40,045 nt of DNA from an uncultured Nitrososphaera sp. GTDB lineage: Archaea; Thermoproteota; Nitrososphaeria; Nitrososphaerales; Nitrososphaeraceae. The notes beneath the pieces are model-generated. The model made no database searches. It was not told the DNA's origin and worked only from the letters and a program-made list of their open reading frames with translations. Both the position numbers and the translations under genes were made by a program. The DNA lies in contig CAYWRR010000001.1 of assembly GCA_964460425.1 (NCBI GenBank), forward strand, positions 1 through 40,045, in the 5' to 3' direction. Shown one piece after another: positions 1 through 8,928 of this stretch. Numbering within the stretch: the stretch's first letter is position 1; each line of letters begins with the position of its first letter.

Positions 1-202
1 AATACTTGGGTGATTGGTTTATTCCTGTTTGTGCTATAAAATACAACAATAATCTTTTGTATTTTGGTGCTAGCAAGAATTATGCTTAAAATTTCTACGT
101 TTATACTGATGATTTCTGAGCGTAGGAGCTGTAAGTCACTTATTCCTGCGTTTATAGGAAAAAGATGCATTCTGCCATGCTGATGATGATAATGATGATG
201 AC

Positions 203-825
203 ATGCCAATACAAGGTACGAGCTACTGGACACACTTTTTTGTAGTATGGACTAATAGCAGGAGCTCTACCTTCATTGCAAAGAAGGATCTTAGTAAGTT
301 CACCCACGCGTATAATCGGCCGCTCAAAAGACCAAGCAGGAAAATATTGACATTATTCTTTATGGGTGCAGGTTCCTCCCTTTCTGCGCAACTGAGGGGT
401 GAGCTATTGCGGGCGCGCTTAGCAATTTTGGCAGCTGGCAAGGACTTGCATGGACTGCAGGTGCCGACTACAATGCGAAATACTTTAACATTCTAACTGT
501 TGATTTCTTGACAGCAAAGTGTACAAGCGACTACGTAGAGTTCGTTGGACGTGATACTGCGAAGAGGAACTTTGAGCCACTTCAAGAACATGATGAAATA
601 GACTATCAAATTCTAGAGACCAACAACCCAGACTAGATAATTTCTTTCCTTCTGATCTACAGCCAGTTCATGCAAGTAGTCTTCGGCTACAGTCTGCAGC
701 TTCTATAAGGTATAGATCCTGTAAAGGTCAAAGAAGAGGTTCAAAATCCTACATCAGCGGTAGGCAAGGCCATAAAAACAGGCGCAGACAACATTATTGA
801 GCTCATCCTCATGAGCATACGTTAA
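203..825 (+). pseudogene. DUF929-family (thioredoxin-like) protein, frameshifted and with stops
   Basis: Stitching two frames gives LFFMGA/FLPFCATEG*AIAGALSNFGSWQGL...SDYVEFVGRDTAKRNFEPLQ...NPD*IISFLL...GYSLQLL*G...NPTSAVGKAI, matching the recalled DUF929 pattern (GAEFCPFCAAERWALxxALSRFG...P...NPTSPVAKAI). One frameshift near 372 and three in-frame stops; 5' boundary uncertain. Confidence 0.65.
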
Positions 826-884
826 AAGGCAAATGTCTCCAACATAGTTGATATAAAATTGTTGGCTGACAGGATTTGATTCAA

Positions 885-1406
885 TCAATCTTCAGCTGTT
901 ACCATTGCCTGCTCTTTTAGCGGCGTTATCCTAGTAACTGTTGGTCTGCCGATCTTGCTTGCCGCAATCTTAAACCCATCCTGTGCAAGTTCAAGGTTGG
1001 GAGCAGTGACGTATGCTTCAAAGATCACTTGACCTGGTCTGATTCTTGCTGCAAGACCTGTTGACTTACCAAAAGCCCTCCTCATTCCCTCCTGAAGTCT
1101 GTCTGCGCCTGCGGTTGCAATCATTTTGTTCTCTCTGAGGAGCACATGGGGGTACACGCGCAACATAGAAAAGAAGCTTGTCTCCCCTGCTTGCGCCATC
1201 CTCTTGTTTGCTGCAAGTCTAGCGGCTTCAAGGGCGTTATGCCGTATCTGGAGCTTCTCAGTCGCTACAAGTTCGATCTTGTAATCATAATGGTTTCCTG
1301 CGAGCCCAGATGAAAACCTAGCGATTTTCATCTGCGGCTTGCCAGCTATGTATTCTCGCCTTACATAAGGCATACCGCGAGTTTCTCGATAATTAACACC
1401 CTTCAT
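885..1406 (-). CDS. rpl10e: 50S ribosomal protein L10e (uL16)
   Basis: QIRHNALEAARLAANK, LRVYPHVLLRENKM and ADRLQEGMRRAFGK motifs. Confidence 0.97.
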   Translation of the reverse strand: MKGVNYRETRGMPYVRREYIAGKPQMKIARFSSGLAGNHYDYKIELVATEKLQIRHNALEAARLAANKRMAQAGETSFFSMLRVYPHVLLRENKMIATAGADRLQEGMRRAFGKSTGLAARIRPGQVIFEAYVTAPNLELAQDGFKIAASKIGRPTVTRITPLKEQAMVTAED

Positions 1407-1538
1407 CTCTCAATGCACCAAATCTTGGCAAACGATCAATTTTGGTGATTTGCTCTGATTTAATCGTTATGTCATCCTCCTAAGAACATGATTTTGACAG
1501 TAGTTTAGTTAATTAATTACCTTTACAAGATAGCTCTG

Positions 1539-2201
1539 ATGTCATCATCCTCTCCTCCTCCAACAGAGCCCCGACCGTTGTCTGAGAAGATAAGTGACCC
1601 GGTAGTAGTAGCAGCAGAAGTACAACCCTCGATAGTAGAGGGGTACCTGGTAAGCAATCACAAGATAGTAGTTGATGAAAGTCGCTTCCAGGATGAACTG
1701 CGTACCAAAGGTTTTGGAGAGAAAGAAAATGCTAAATTCATCCTTAACCCATACGAGGCTTTATATCTATTTCACACAAAACGCCTAAAGCTCAAGAACA
1801 AATCGGCCATGGGCTTCAACTCGCTCTTTGAACTGCTACTAAAATACAACAGAAACATTATGAGCCAGTTTCTTGTTTATCGCGACCTGAGAAGTAGGGG
1901 TTATGTGGCGAAAGAGGGCTTTGGCTTTGGCAACGACTTTCGGGTATACGAACGAGGTGATTATGAGAAAAAGCCTGCAAAGTACGTCGTCTTTGGTATA
2001 AATGAGGGCACTAAGACTACAGCCAAAGGATTTGCCTTGGCAGTCAGCCAAATACAAAAGATGGGCAAGGAAGCAGTGGTCGCAGTAATAGAGAGGAGAG
2101 GCGAAGTGATATACTATAAGGCATCAACAATACACTTTACTGAGAATAACAATTACAACAATAATCCGCTAGCAAAAATACTTGATAAAAAACTTGACTG
2201 A
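1539..2201 (+). CDS. endA: tRNA-intron (splicing) endonuclease
   Basis: L.PYEALYL, FLVYRDLRSRGYVAKEGFGFGNDFRVYERG and C-terminal VIYY motifs. Confidence 0.92.
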   Translation: MSSSSPPPTEPRPLSEKISDPVVVAAEVQPSIVEGYLVSNHKIVVDESRFQDELRTKGFGEKENAKFILNPYEALYLFHTKRLKLKNKSAMGFNSLFELLLKYNRNIMSQFLVYRDLRSRGYVAKEGFGFGNDFRVYERGDYEKKPAKYVVFGINEGTKTTAKGFALAVSQIQKMGKEAVVAVIERRGEVIYYKASTIHFTENNNYNNNPLAKILDKKLD

Positions 2202-2458
2202 ATGTAGACGGATTAGATGGGATAACTTTGATATTCAAAGAAATTTTTTGCTCTGACTGCAAGATAGTACTTGCAAGATACTCCACAAAATACTTTACAG
2301 ACCTTAACATAAACATGCTTGTACGATTATATTTTTCTTCACATGTTAAGAAGGGTCATTCCATGGAAATAAGGCTTGTAGAAATCGAGGACTATGATGC
2401 CAGATAGATTAATCATAACAATAATTTGTAAGCGATTTATATCCTGAAGAGCAATAAC

Positions 2459-2869
2459 ATGGATATGCAAGAGGCCAGTCTGTGCGACAGAATTATCAAG
2501 CTCGACCGCAGCTTACGCTTCGTAGGTATCGTCAATAATAGAGGCGAAGTCATTGAAGGTGGATTCAAGCAAGGGATCGAGCCACTACTAAATGGGGCTG
2601 ATGAGCAGCAGCTATACATCCATTCACTATCGAACCTTACAATGCTGCAATCCTACAACGATAGGCTTGGAATAGTACGCTACAGCCTAACTGAGCATGA
2701 AAAGGTTACGCTCATGACTTTCCCCCTTAGAGACGGTATACTCTGCCTTTCTGCGAGGCCAAAGGCTAATATGAATAAAATCCGCGACAAAGTAATGAAA
2801 GTACTCAAGAGTAGGAGCTATAGCGTGAGCAGCAACAAGGCAACAAGAAAAAGAAGAAAAATAGTATAA
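2459..2869 (+). CDS. Thaumarchaeal DUF6659-like protein (Roadblock/profilin-like small fold)
   Basis: CDRIIKLDRSLRFVGIVNNRG...GG.KQGIEPLL...LG.V.YS...EKV...TFPL pattern; paralogue at 34714. Confidence 0.75.
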   Translation: MDMQEASLCDRIIKLDRSLRFVGIVNNRGEVIEGGFKQGIEPLLNGADEQQLYIHSLSNLTMLQSYNDRLGIVRYSLTEHEKVTLMTFPLRDGILCLSARPKANMNKIRDKVMKVLKSRSYSVSSNKATRKRRKIV

Positions 2870-3221
2870 TAGAAGAAAACCCAAAAAGATTCACTAAGTC
2901 AAGGATTATTATGTTAGCAAGAAAATTACCCTGCTCCGGCCACATTAAGACTTGTTCTCTCTAATATAGCTGGGTTTCATAGGAATCCGATTTCTAGGAT
3001 GCTAAAGTTCATACCAACTGCATTATGCGCGTCCTTAAGTGTCTCTGAAGTAAGATTGACTTTGGACAATGTACAAAACACAGGTATGAATTTTTATCTC
3101 CTTGCTGTTTCATATAGCAGGCTAAAGGAGGGTGATGACGACGTGACAGTCCCCCTATTGTCTGCCAGCGAAGGCAGACGAGATGAAGAGAATTTAACCG
3201 GACTGCCGAATCCCTGTAGGC

Positions 3222-3255
3222 TAAGCATAGGAGGACATAATCCTTCCTATGCTTA
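3222..3255. repeat. Inverted repeat / strong hairpin
   Basis: taagcatagga (3222-3232) and tcctatgctta (3245-3255) form a perfect 11-bp stem, extendable by gga/tcc inside the loop. Confidence 0.8.
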
Positions 3256-3399
3256 TTAGATCTTGCCTGAACAACTTTTGCTATTTGCATGGATTGGAAG
3301 ATAGATTATCCAGAAATGGCGTAAGTGAACGAATATGATGAGTTGAAGAAAAAATGCTTCGCTATGCTACTCATACGTATCTCTTCCCGTCCTCCTAAA

Positions 3400-4319
3400 G
3401 GCTCTGTTAACTTAAGATAACCCATATAGCTAGGTTGGATGTGCCCTAGCTTTTCATCATTACCATATGATGAATCGCAATAGAACAAAAGACCTAGAGC
3501 TGTAGAATTAGGCATATATGCACTTTATTACCCATATTTTAATTCTAGTAAGCAGCTTTAGATTATTATAATAATAGCAGCCAAATCACTCGTACCAATA
3601 AAGAAAAGGAAAGGAGCCATGTATCGTCATTATAGAACTGGGTACAGAAGAAGAAGAAGAATAAATATTATTCTTCTGATCAGGTATCAGGCATAGATTT
3701 AGAATAGACAAAAACATATCAGGTTAAGGAAATATTTTTGTAGACGAAAAACCCTACTGAAAATAGATGGAGAGGAACACTACTACTGGCTGTAGTGGAT
3801 TTTCCATATGAGGAGCTGACCTCAACAAAAATGTCTTGCATGATGCACCCCTATATCACGTGAAAGAACATCATACTTGTATGTATGCTATACTACCACC
3901 ACCTCAGTTCTTTCTTCATACAATTGAGAATAAAATAAGATTTGGCAGAAAAACCAATATTCACAGAGATGATGGGCGTGTTGTGGTGGTACAAAATACT
4001 GGGTGTAAATGGTTGTTGCGTCTGCAGCATCTCGAGTATTATATGGCATTGAGCTGAAGAACAAGAACCTACTGATGGAGGGAGGTGTGAGAGAGAGAGA
4101 TTCATCCAGTACCTGAAGGACACAGGACAGAAGAATGTGTTTTGATGACCCTCATTATTTTCTATGTAGAAAGTAAGAAGGATGTTTAGGAGGCAGCATT
4201 TCTGGGACTGGCTGAAGAAAAAAATATTCTTTTTCTGTATTTGTACATGACTCTACTGCTGATACGATATGGTTTACTATGTTTTCTGATAGCAGGTGAT
4301 GGCGTAAGTTAACAGAGTC
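3400..4319 (+). mobile_element. Degenerate IS6-family element (transposase pseudogene)
   Basis: TIRs ggctctgttaacttaa (3400-3415) and gtaagttaacagagtc (4304-4319), 14/16 complementary. Fragments across frames: MNRNRT, RSHVS..NWVQK, RFRID, QVKEIF/VDE, LLKIDGE, YWL, RFGRK/PIFT, CKWL, KNLLME, RFIQYLKD, CFDD, as in archaeal IS6/IS240 DDE transposases; many frameshifts. Confidence 0.85.
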
Positions 4320-4390
4320 AGTTAAAAGTAGACGAAATTAGTATATCCGCGCGCTCTAACTCATTGAGCCATATAATAACTTGCATTATA

Positions 4391-5302
4391 GAATCTATTT
4401 GGAAATCCCCCTCATCAATTCATTATACATCTATTCACAGAAAGACCAGGTACATTGATGTAAGCAAGCCTGTCACATCTTGTCTGAATTCTTCTGAAAC
4501 TCTTCCACCAAGCAAAGAATTTCGGGATGCTGCACCTGATCCTAGTATGTTTCATGGTCAAATACACGCAGTCTGCTTGCTCTCTTCTTCTTCTTGTTTG
4601 CTCTTTCCTTGATATGCACTATAACACCTATGGTAATGTGCATCATCATCACAAGTGGTGTATGTTGTACTTTGTGTAGCAGTAAACACGCTTTGGCCTG
4701 CTCCTCGGTCTTCGGGTACCTTTGATTCGATATCCTTTAGAATAGGGAATAATCTTCAACTCTCCTGCTCATAGCCAGGCAAGATCTATCGTGACTAGCA
4801 GTGATTGAGGCGTGCAACTACCGCAGATGTACCTTGCTTCCCTTCTCCTTCCTGTGGTGACCATTGTAGCCAATCTCTTCCTCCTTTCTTTGCAGATATT
4901 ACTGTAATGCTCTATACTACTTACGATCGTCTGCGTTTACGAATCCTATATGGTAGCCATGCTAGACCAGGGAATCCATGATACACTTCCAAAACCTTTT
5001 TCAGTACATTTCTTGGGTAGCTTCCAAATCGTCTTGTATGAATCGTGTCTGGATGGCATGTCCATCCATCTGCAGCCTGAGTCCAACACCTTCGTATATG
5101 CCATTTATCTTCATCATGCTGTCATCGGCTCAGTCCTGCAAGTGTAAACTGGACATGGAAAGGATGGTCTAACTAGATCCCATTGCCTGACTATGTCAGC
5201 TCACAGAACTGCATGATGATGGTAATGTGACTGAATGGCGTAGCTAAAAGCTGGGTGACAAGATGGGCTAGGCTGGTGTATCAACATTTTCCAGACGAAC
5301 TC
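4391..5302 (-). mobile_element. Degenerate IS5-family element (transposase pseudogene, start ~5214)
   Basis: Minus-strand fragments MQFCELT, QWDLVRP, INGI, VLDSGCRWMDMPSRHDSYKTIW, KKGG/EIGYNGHHRKEKGSKVH, RPRSRPKRVY, KFFAWWKSFRRIQTRCDRLA are typical IS5 (IS427/IS1031-like). Imperfect TIRs gaatctatttggaaat (4391-4406) and ttttccagacgaactc (5287-5302). Confidence 0.85.
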
Positions 5303-5362
5303 ATATCTCAGTCTCCAGCCCTCTGAGAGGGAAGAGTTTCAATCGTCTAGAAGTATAATAAG

Positions 5363-5385
5363 ACAAAAAGAAGAAGAAAAAAGAG
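5363..5385 (-). terminator. Oligo-U-rich archaeal terminator candidate after the amoX-like gene
   Basis: The minus strand reads ctcttttttcttcttctttttgt immediately after the stop codon. Confidence 0.5.
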
Positions 5386-5389
5386 GTGC

Positions 5390-5686
5390 TTATGCTCTAA
5401 CTGGCTTCTCGTGGGAAATTTTCCAGATAAAGAAGAATCCTAGAGACTCAATCACAGTTAGGACGGAAAGCGCGTACATGCCGCTAGGCAATGGATATGC
5501 CCACGGATAGACTGATATTCCTACGTATACTCCACCTGCAGTTGCAGCCCAGCACAGCGCAAACCCAATGATGTAAATGCCATTCATGTGCTCAACTCTG
5601 CGACCAATCATGCGTTCGATATCATCGCGGCTTTCGCCCCCACCTGCTCTACGTCCGCCACCGCCGTATCCCTTTGGTAATGTCAT
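5390..5686 (-). CDS. amoX: AmoX-like subunit of archaeal ammonia monooxygenase (2 TM helices)
   Basis: MTLPKGYGGGG...DIERMIGRRVEHMNG, a TM helix, YPWAYPLPSG.YA..VLTVIES.G.FF and a second TM match the recalled AOA AmoX family; the short 2-TM form fits Nitrososphaera. Confidence 0.75.
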   Translation of the reverse strand: MTLPKGYGGGGRRAGGGESRDDIERMIGRRVEHMNGIYIIGFALCWAATAGGVYVGISVYPWAYPLPSGMYALSVLTVIESLGFFFIWKISHEKPVRA

Positions 5687-5710
5687 CTGTTGGTATACGA
5701 TCAGAGTATA

Positions 5711-5728
5711 GCTTTTTAAATTTTGCTG
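5711..5728 (-). promoter_or_regulatory. BRE/TATA promoter candidate of the amoX-like gene
   Basis: The minus strand reads cagcaaaaTTTAAAAAgc, with the TATA element ~27 nt upstream of ATG 5686. Confidence 0.55.
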
Positions 5729-5790
5729 TTAAGCATGCAGTCAGGTTTGACAAAACTAAACTAGTCCTTGAGAATAGAAAAAAGAGGAGA

Positions 5791-6978
5791 TTAGGGGGCA
5801 CCTTGGCTGTCAAATAGACTGCCGCCGCGGCCTATACTCAAACCCTTAGCTCTTATTATTACGACCACCAAACCTATTAGAGCTGCTGAAACTATTGCGG
5901 CGCCTATTGGGAATTCTGGGACAACGACCAGACTAAAGTCGGATGTTTGGATGATATTTCCCATACTCCGACCGCTAACAGAATCAATCGTCACTGTAAC
6001 AGTCTTTGGACCTGTACTGTTGAATGTGACTGAATGTGCGGCACTCCCTGATTGTGCCATCTGGTCATTAAATTCCTGTATGATCTGTCCATTGGCATCC
6101 TTCACGATAAAGTCGTAAGCAACCCTTTGCAAGGGGGAATTCCTTGCATCACGTAACTCAAGCCCAAAGTTTACTGTACTGTTTGGTTGGATATCGACTG
6201 GATCCCATGTTAATATGAGACGGGATCCATCGTTTGTTGTTCGCTCAAGTGGAGGGGTAGGAGCTGCGCCAGTTCCTGTTGGAGCTTCAGGCTGCCCTGA
6301 GCCCGTTTCTAAAAGCTCAAAACTATACTGAATAGGTTGTGGAGGTGTGGTTACATCAGCATATGTCTCAGCCATAACAGGGAATGGAAACTCGTTTACT
6401 ACCCATACCCTGCTATCTACACCCTTGCGCCATGAAATAAGCGTCGCATCACATGAAGTAGCACCACAAACATCCTGTGCTCCCGGAAATGATACTTGTT
6501 CAGTTCCGCGAGGTTTCACTTCTTCTCCTCCAATTGCAGCAATTTTGCCCCAAGAGGGCGCTGATAATGACTGAGGTCCAGTCCTCGTACTAAATGCATC
6601 TAGCCATAGAAGTGAGTTTTGATAACCCGCAACAAATTCTCTCATTTCTTGCGGAACTTCTCCGCCTAAGAGAGGTGACATCGTATCTGAAAGCTTCAAA
6701 GTTCCTTCAAAAACTCTACTCCCAGCTTCTACATATGCAGGGACAATCCAATTGCCGTCCTCATCCTGCTCTTGGAAGTATAGTGTCATCGTATACGGTT
6801 GTCTGTTGTTTGTGTCAAAGTCTTCAATCATATATTTGACATACATGTCCTGTTTCACGCCTTCGCCGGGGTACCATTCAGGTGTTTGAGCAAAAGCGCT
6901 GTTCATCATGTTCATGGTTCCGAATACAAGTACTGAAGCTACCACAGCAAAATTGAGAAACTTAGATCCCATTGACAT
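5791..6978 (-). CDS. Secreted surface protein with C-terminal PEF(G)-CTERM archaeosortase signal
   Basis: Signal peptide MSMGSKFLNFAVVASVLVFG...AFAQ (start 6978 rather than 7146), Pro/Thr linker, beta-rich domain, C-terminal VVPEFP + TM + RAK. Confidence 0.8.
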   Translation of the reverse strand: MSMGSKFLNFAVVASVLVFGTMNMMNSAFAQTPEWYPGEGVKQDMYVKYMIEDFDTNNRQPYTMTLYFQEQDEDGNWIVPAYVEAGSRVFEGTLKLSDTMSPLLGGEVPQEMREFVAGYQNSLLWLDAFSTRTGPQSLSAPSWGKIAAIGGEEVKPRGTEQVSFPGAQDVCGATSCDATLISWRKGVDSRVWVVNEFPFPVMAETYADVTTPPQPIQYSFELLETGSGQPEAPTGTGAAPTPPLERTTNDGSRLILTWDPVDIQPNSTVNFGLELRDARNSPLQRVAYDFIVKDANGQIIQEFNDQMAQSGSAAHSVTFNSTGPKTVTVTIDSVSGRSMGNIIQTSDFSLVVVPEFPIGAAIVSAALIGLVVVIIRAKGLSIGRGGSLFDSQGAP

Positions 6979-7053
6979 CAATAAACCATATGGCAACTGA
7001 TAAATGTTTATTGCTTCATGAAATAAACAGATAAGTAGTAGATCCAAAGAAGA

Positions 7054-7233
7054 ATGACTCTGTATAAGGAAATGTGTAACTGCCCCAAAGTCACTTTTTA
7101 CGAAGTTGAGTTCAAGCTGGTTGGAATGAAAGTTGTGGCAAACCACAAAAACTGTGGCGATTTTTTAAATGATGATCAGTTCTCTCAATTTGAGAAGGAA
7201 CTCACCAAATACTGGGGTTTTGTGGAAAAATAG
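7054..7233 (+). CDS. Small thaumarchaeal protein (59 aa) with CxC and HxxC motifs
   Basis: Not in the ORF track. Translates MTLYKEMCNCPKVTFYEVEFKLVGMKVVANHKNCGDFLNDDQFSQFEKELTKYWGFVEK*; divergent from the PEF-CTERM gene; resembles recalled small conserved AOA proteins. Confidence 0.7.
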   Translation: MTLYKEMCNCPKVTFYEVEFKLVGMKVVANHKNCGDFLNDDQFSQFEKELTKYWGFVEK

Positions 7234-7346
7234 TAACCGCTTTATATTCAAAAAATAGCATGGTTTAAATTTCTATCACATAGCATATAGCTGCCACGCG
7301 TCAACTTTATTAATGCCGAATTAGATTGCGTTGTAGGTGATTTAGG

Positions 7347-7601
7347 ATGACCAAAATGTTGAACGTGAATATTGACACCTCAGGTGTAGACGCAAATGAA
7401 GCCCGGGAATGGGTTAACGAGCTTGCAAATGTCTACGCAGATATGCAAATTGATGACGTAAACGTGTCAGGCAACAAAGTCTCATTCAAGGCTGGCTTTC
7501 AAGGCATGGACGATACAGAACCAGATGACATCAAGACTAAGATTGAAGAATATCTAACTATGAATGAAGCATTCCAAGCCAACAATATCAATGTCAAGTA
7601 A
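7347..7601 (+). CDS. Conserved acidic thaumarchaeal hypothetical protein (84 aa)
   Basis: Clean ORF with upstream tttattaa TATA element, GGTGA SD-like motif and T-tract after the stop; resembles a recalled AOA core protein. Confidence 0.8.
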   Translation: MTKMLNVNIDTSGVDANEAREWVNELANVYADMQIDDVNVSGNKVSFKAGFQGMDDTEPDDIKTKIEEYLTMNEAFQANNINVK

Positions 7602-7703
7602 TATAGATGCCACCAACTTTTTTATTTTATACTATCATTGCTTAAGAATCATGATCAAGTGTTACTAACTATTAAATAGAAAATTTAACGCCTATTTTTG
7701 CTA

Positions 7704-7961
7704 ATGACTTGTAAAGGTATATGCCTTCGTCACAAGGCTCAGAAGCCTGTTGGCTCAGGCAGGTATGCTAGCGGACAAAAAAGATGCCAGATATGTGAGA
7801 TATTTATAAAGTGGGATGGCCTTTGGTGCCCATGCTGCGGGTATAGGCTTAGGACTAAGCCTAGGAATCTGAAGTACAAGGCAAAACTGAGGGCAAGAAC
7901 CAGCCAAAATACATTGGAGATGTCTGAGCCACCCATCCTAGAAGTAGTAAGACGAGGGTAA
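7704..7961 (+). CDS. Conserved thaumarchaeal Zn-finger protein
   Basis: MTCKGIC...KRCQICEIFIKWDGLWCPCCGYRLRTKPR; basic; ATG 7704 preferred over TTG 7698. Confidence 0.85.
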   Translation: MTCKGICLRHKAQKPVGSGRYASGQKRCQICEIFIKWDGLWCPCCGYRLRTKPRNLKYKAKLRARTSQNTLEMSEPPILEVVRRG

Positions 7962-8831
7962 TCAACAGCGTCGTAAATCTCTGTTTACAGCTCTAAATAG
8001 CAGCTTTTGCATCTTTTCCAGACTCTGCATATCATTAACCAAGTCTAGCGCAAGTTGTACAAGCTTCGAATATTGGCTGTAGAATATCTCCTTTCTACTT
8101 ACAAGATTTTTTGCTGCAACTCTTCCTGCATAGTAATAGCAGTCTACCAACATATGGCGCTCAAGCAGATGGCTTACCTTAGACACGAAAAGCTCTCTGT
8201 CATAGTCCTTTGACTTTAATTCTTTGATGGCCTCCATTGATCTAGATATCGCAGGTCGGGTAGCTCTCTCTGCTCCAATACATTCTAGTGCAACATCAAC
8301 CCCTTCTACCATCCTAGAATCAATTTGCCTCACCTGTTCCAAAATATGCAGAGGCATAGGCCTGTTTCCTGATATAGCAAGCATTCCATCTACAAACTCA
8401 TATGCGGCAATTTTGAGCCACATTGCAGCAATCATAGGATGATTGGTTCCCCTCATTTTCTGCTGACAAAACAGGGAGCTTATTAGCAGTTTCTTGCCTG
8501 AAGCGGCCAGCATTCTCTTGTATCTTTCTGCTACGATATCCTTGGCTGCAGAAGACAGCATAAGCTTACTGTTATCTTTCAATATGACCATGTCTGCCAG
8601 ATCAATTATGTGATCTTTTATGGACCCGGTAAGACGCATCAGCTCAACTAGGTGGTTGTCTATCTGCACAACTTGATTGGCTTGATTATGTTCTTGAAAT
8701 CCTGCAAAAACTGCCAGATCGTACTCACAGCAATCAAGTGACATCTTCGATGTACGACAGCCGATAAGTCCAACTGGATACACAATTTCACTAGCAAACG
8801 CCTTGATGGCTATTGGTATTGATTCAGGCAA
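7962..8831 (-). CDS. Hypothetical protein with degenerate Pol-beta nucleotidyltransferase-like N-terminus
   Basis: VGLIGCRT...DCCEYDLAVF resembles hGSx(n)DxDh; the C-terminal region looks helical. Confidence 0.6.
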   Translation of the reverse strand: MPESIPIAIKAFASEIVYPVGLIGCRTSKMSLDCCEYDLAVFAGFQEHNQANQVVQIDNHLVELMRLTGSIKDHIIDLADMVILKDNSKLMLSSAAKDIVAERYKRMLAASGKKLLISSLFCQQKMRGTNHPMIAAMWLKIAAYEFVDGMLAISGNRPMPLHILEQVRQIDSRMVEGVDVALECIGAERATRPAISRSMEAIKELKSKDYDRELFVSKVSHLLERHMLVDCYYYAGRVAAKNLVSRKEIFYSQYSKLVQLALDLVNDMQSLEKMQKLLFRAVNRDLRRC

Positions 8832-8928
8832 TAATGCTGTATTGGCAGCTTCATGAATTTAACATGTTAGCTGATATGCGGTAAAGATCAACTCTAATAT
8901 ACGAACAGAAACTATATGTTAGACTCAT

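Noticed and set aside
180-201. (TGA)n tract containing box C-like TGATGA
   Set aside because: Simple microsatellite with no matching D boxes or terminal stem
3316-3333. atggcgtaagtgaacgaa, similar to the IS6 right end at 4299-4319
   Set aside because: Short match with no transposase remnant recognisable upstream, so insufficient support
3836-5172. Short ORFs 3836-4057, 3893-4123, 4364-4612, 4950-5147 and 4978-5172
   Set aside because: Fragments or antisense shadows of the IS6 and IS5 pseudogenes
5164-5177. ATGGTCTAACTAGA resembling the archaeal amoA start (ATGGTCTGGCTTAGA)
   Set aside because: A stop follows at codon 3, no AmoA-like sequence continues, and the segment is the antisense of the IS5 transposase N-terminus (WDLVRP)
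6979-7146. N-terminal extension of the 451-aa ORF
   Set aside because: It overlaps the divergent 59-aa gene and promoter region; the signal peptide begins at 6978
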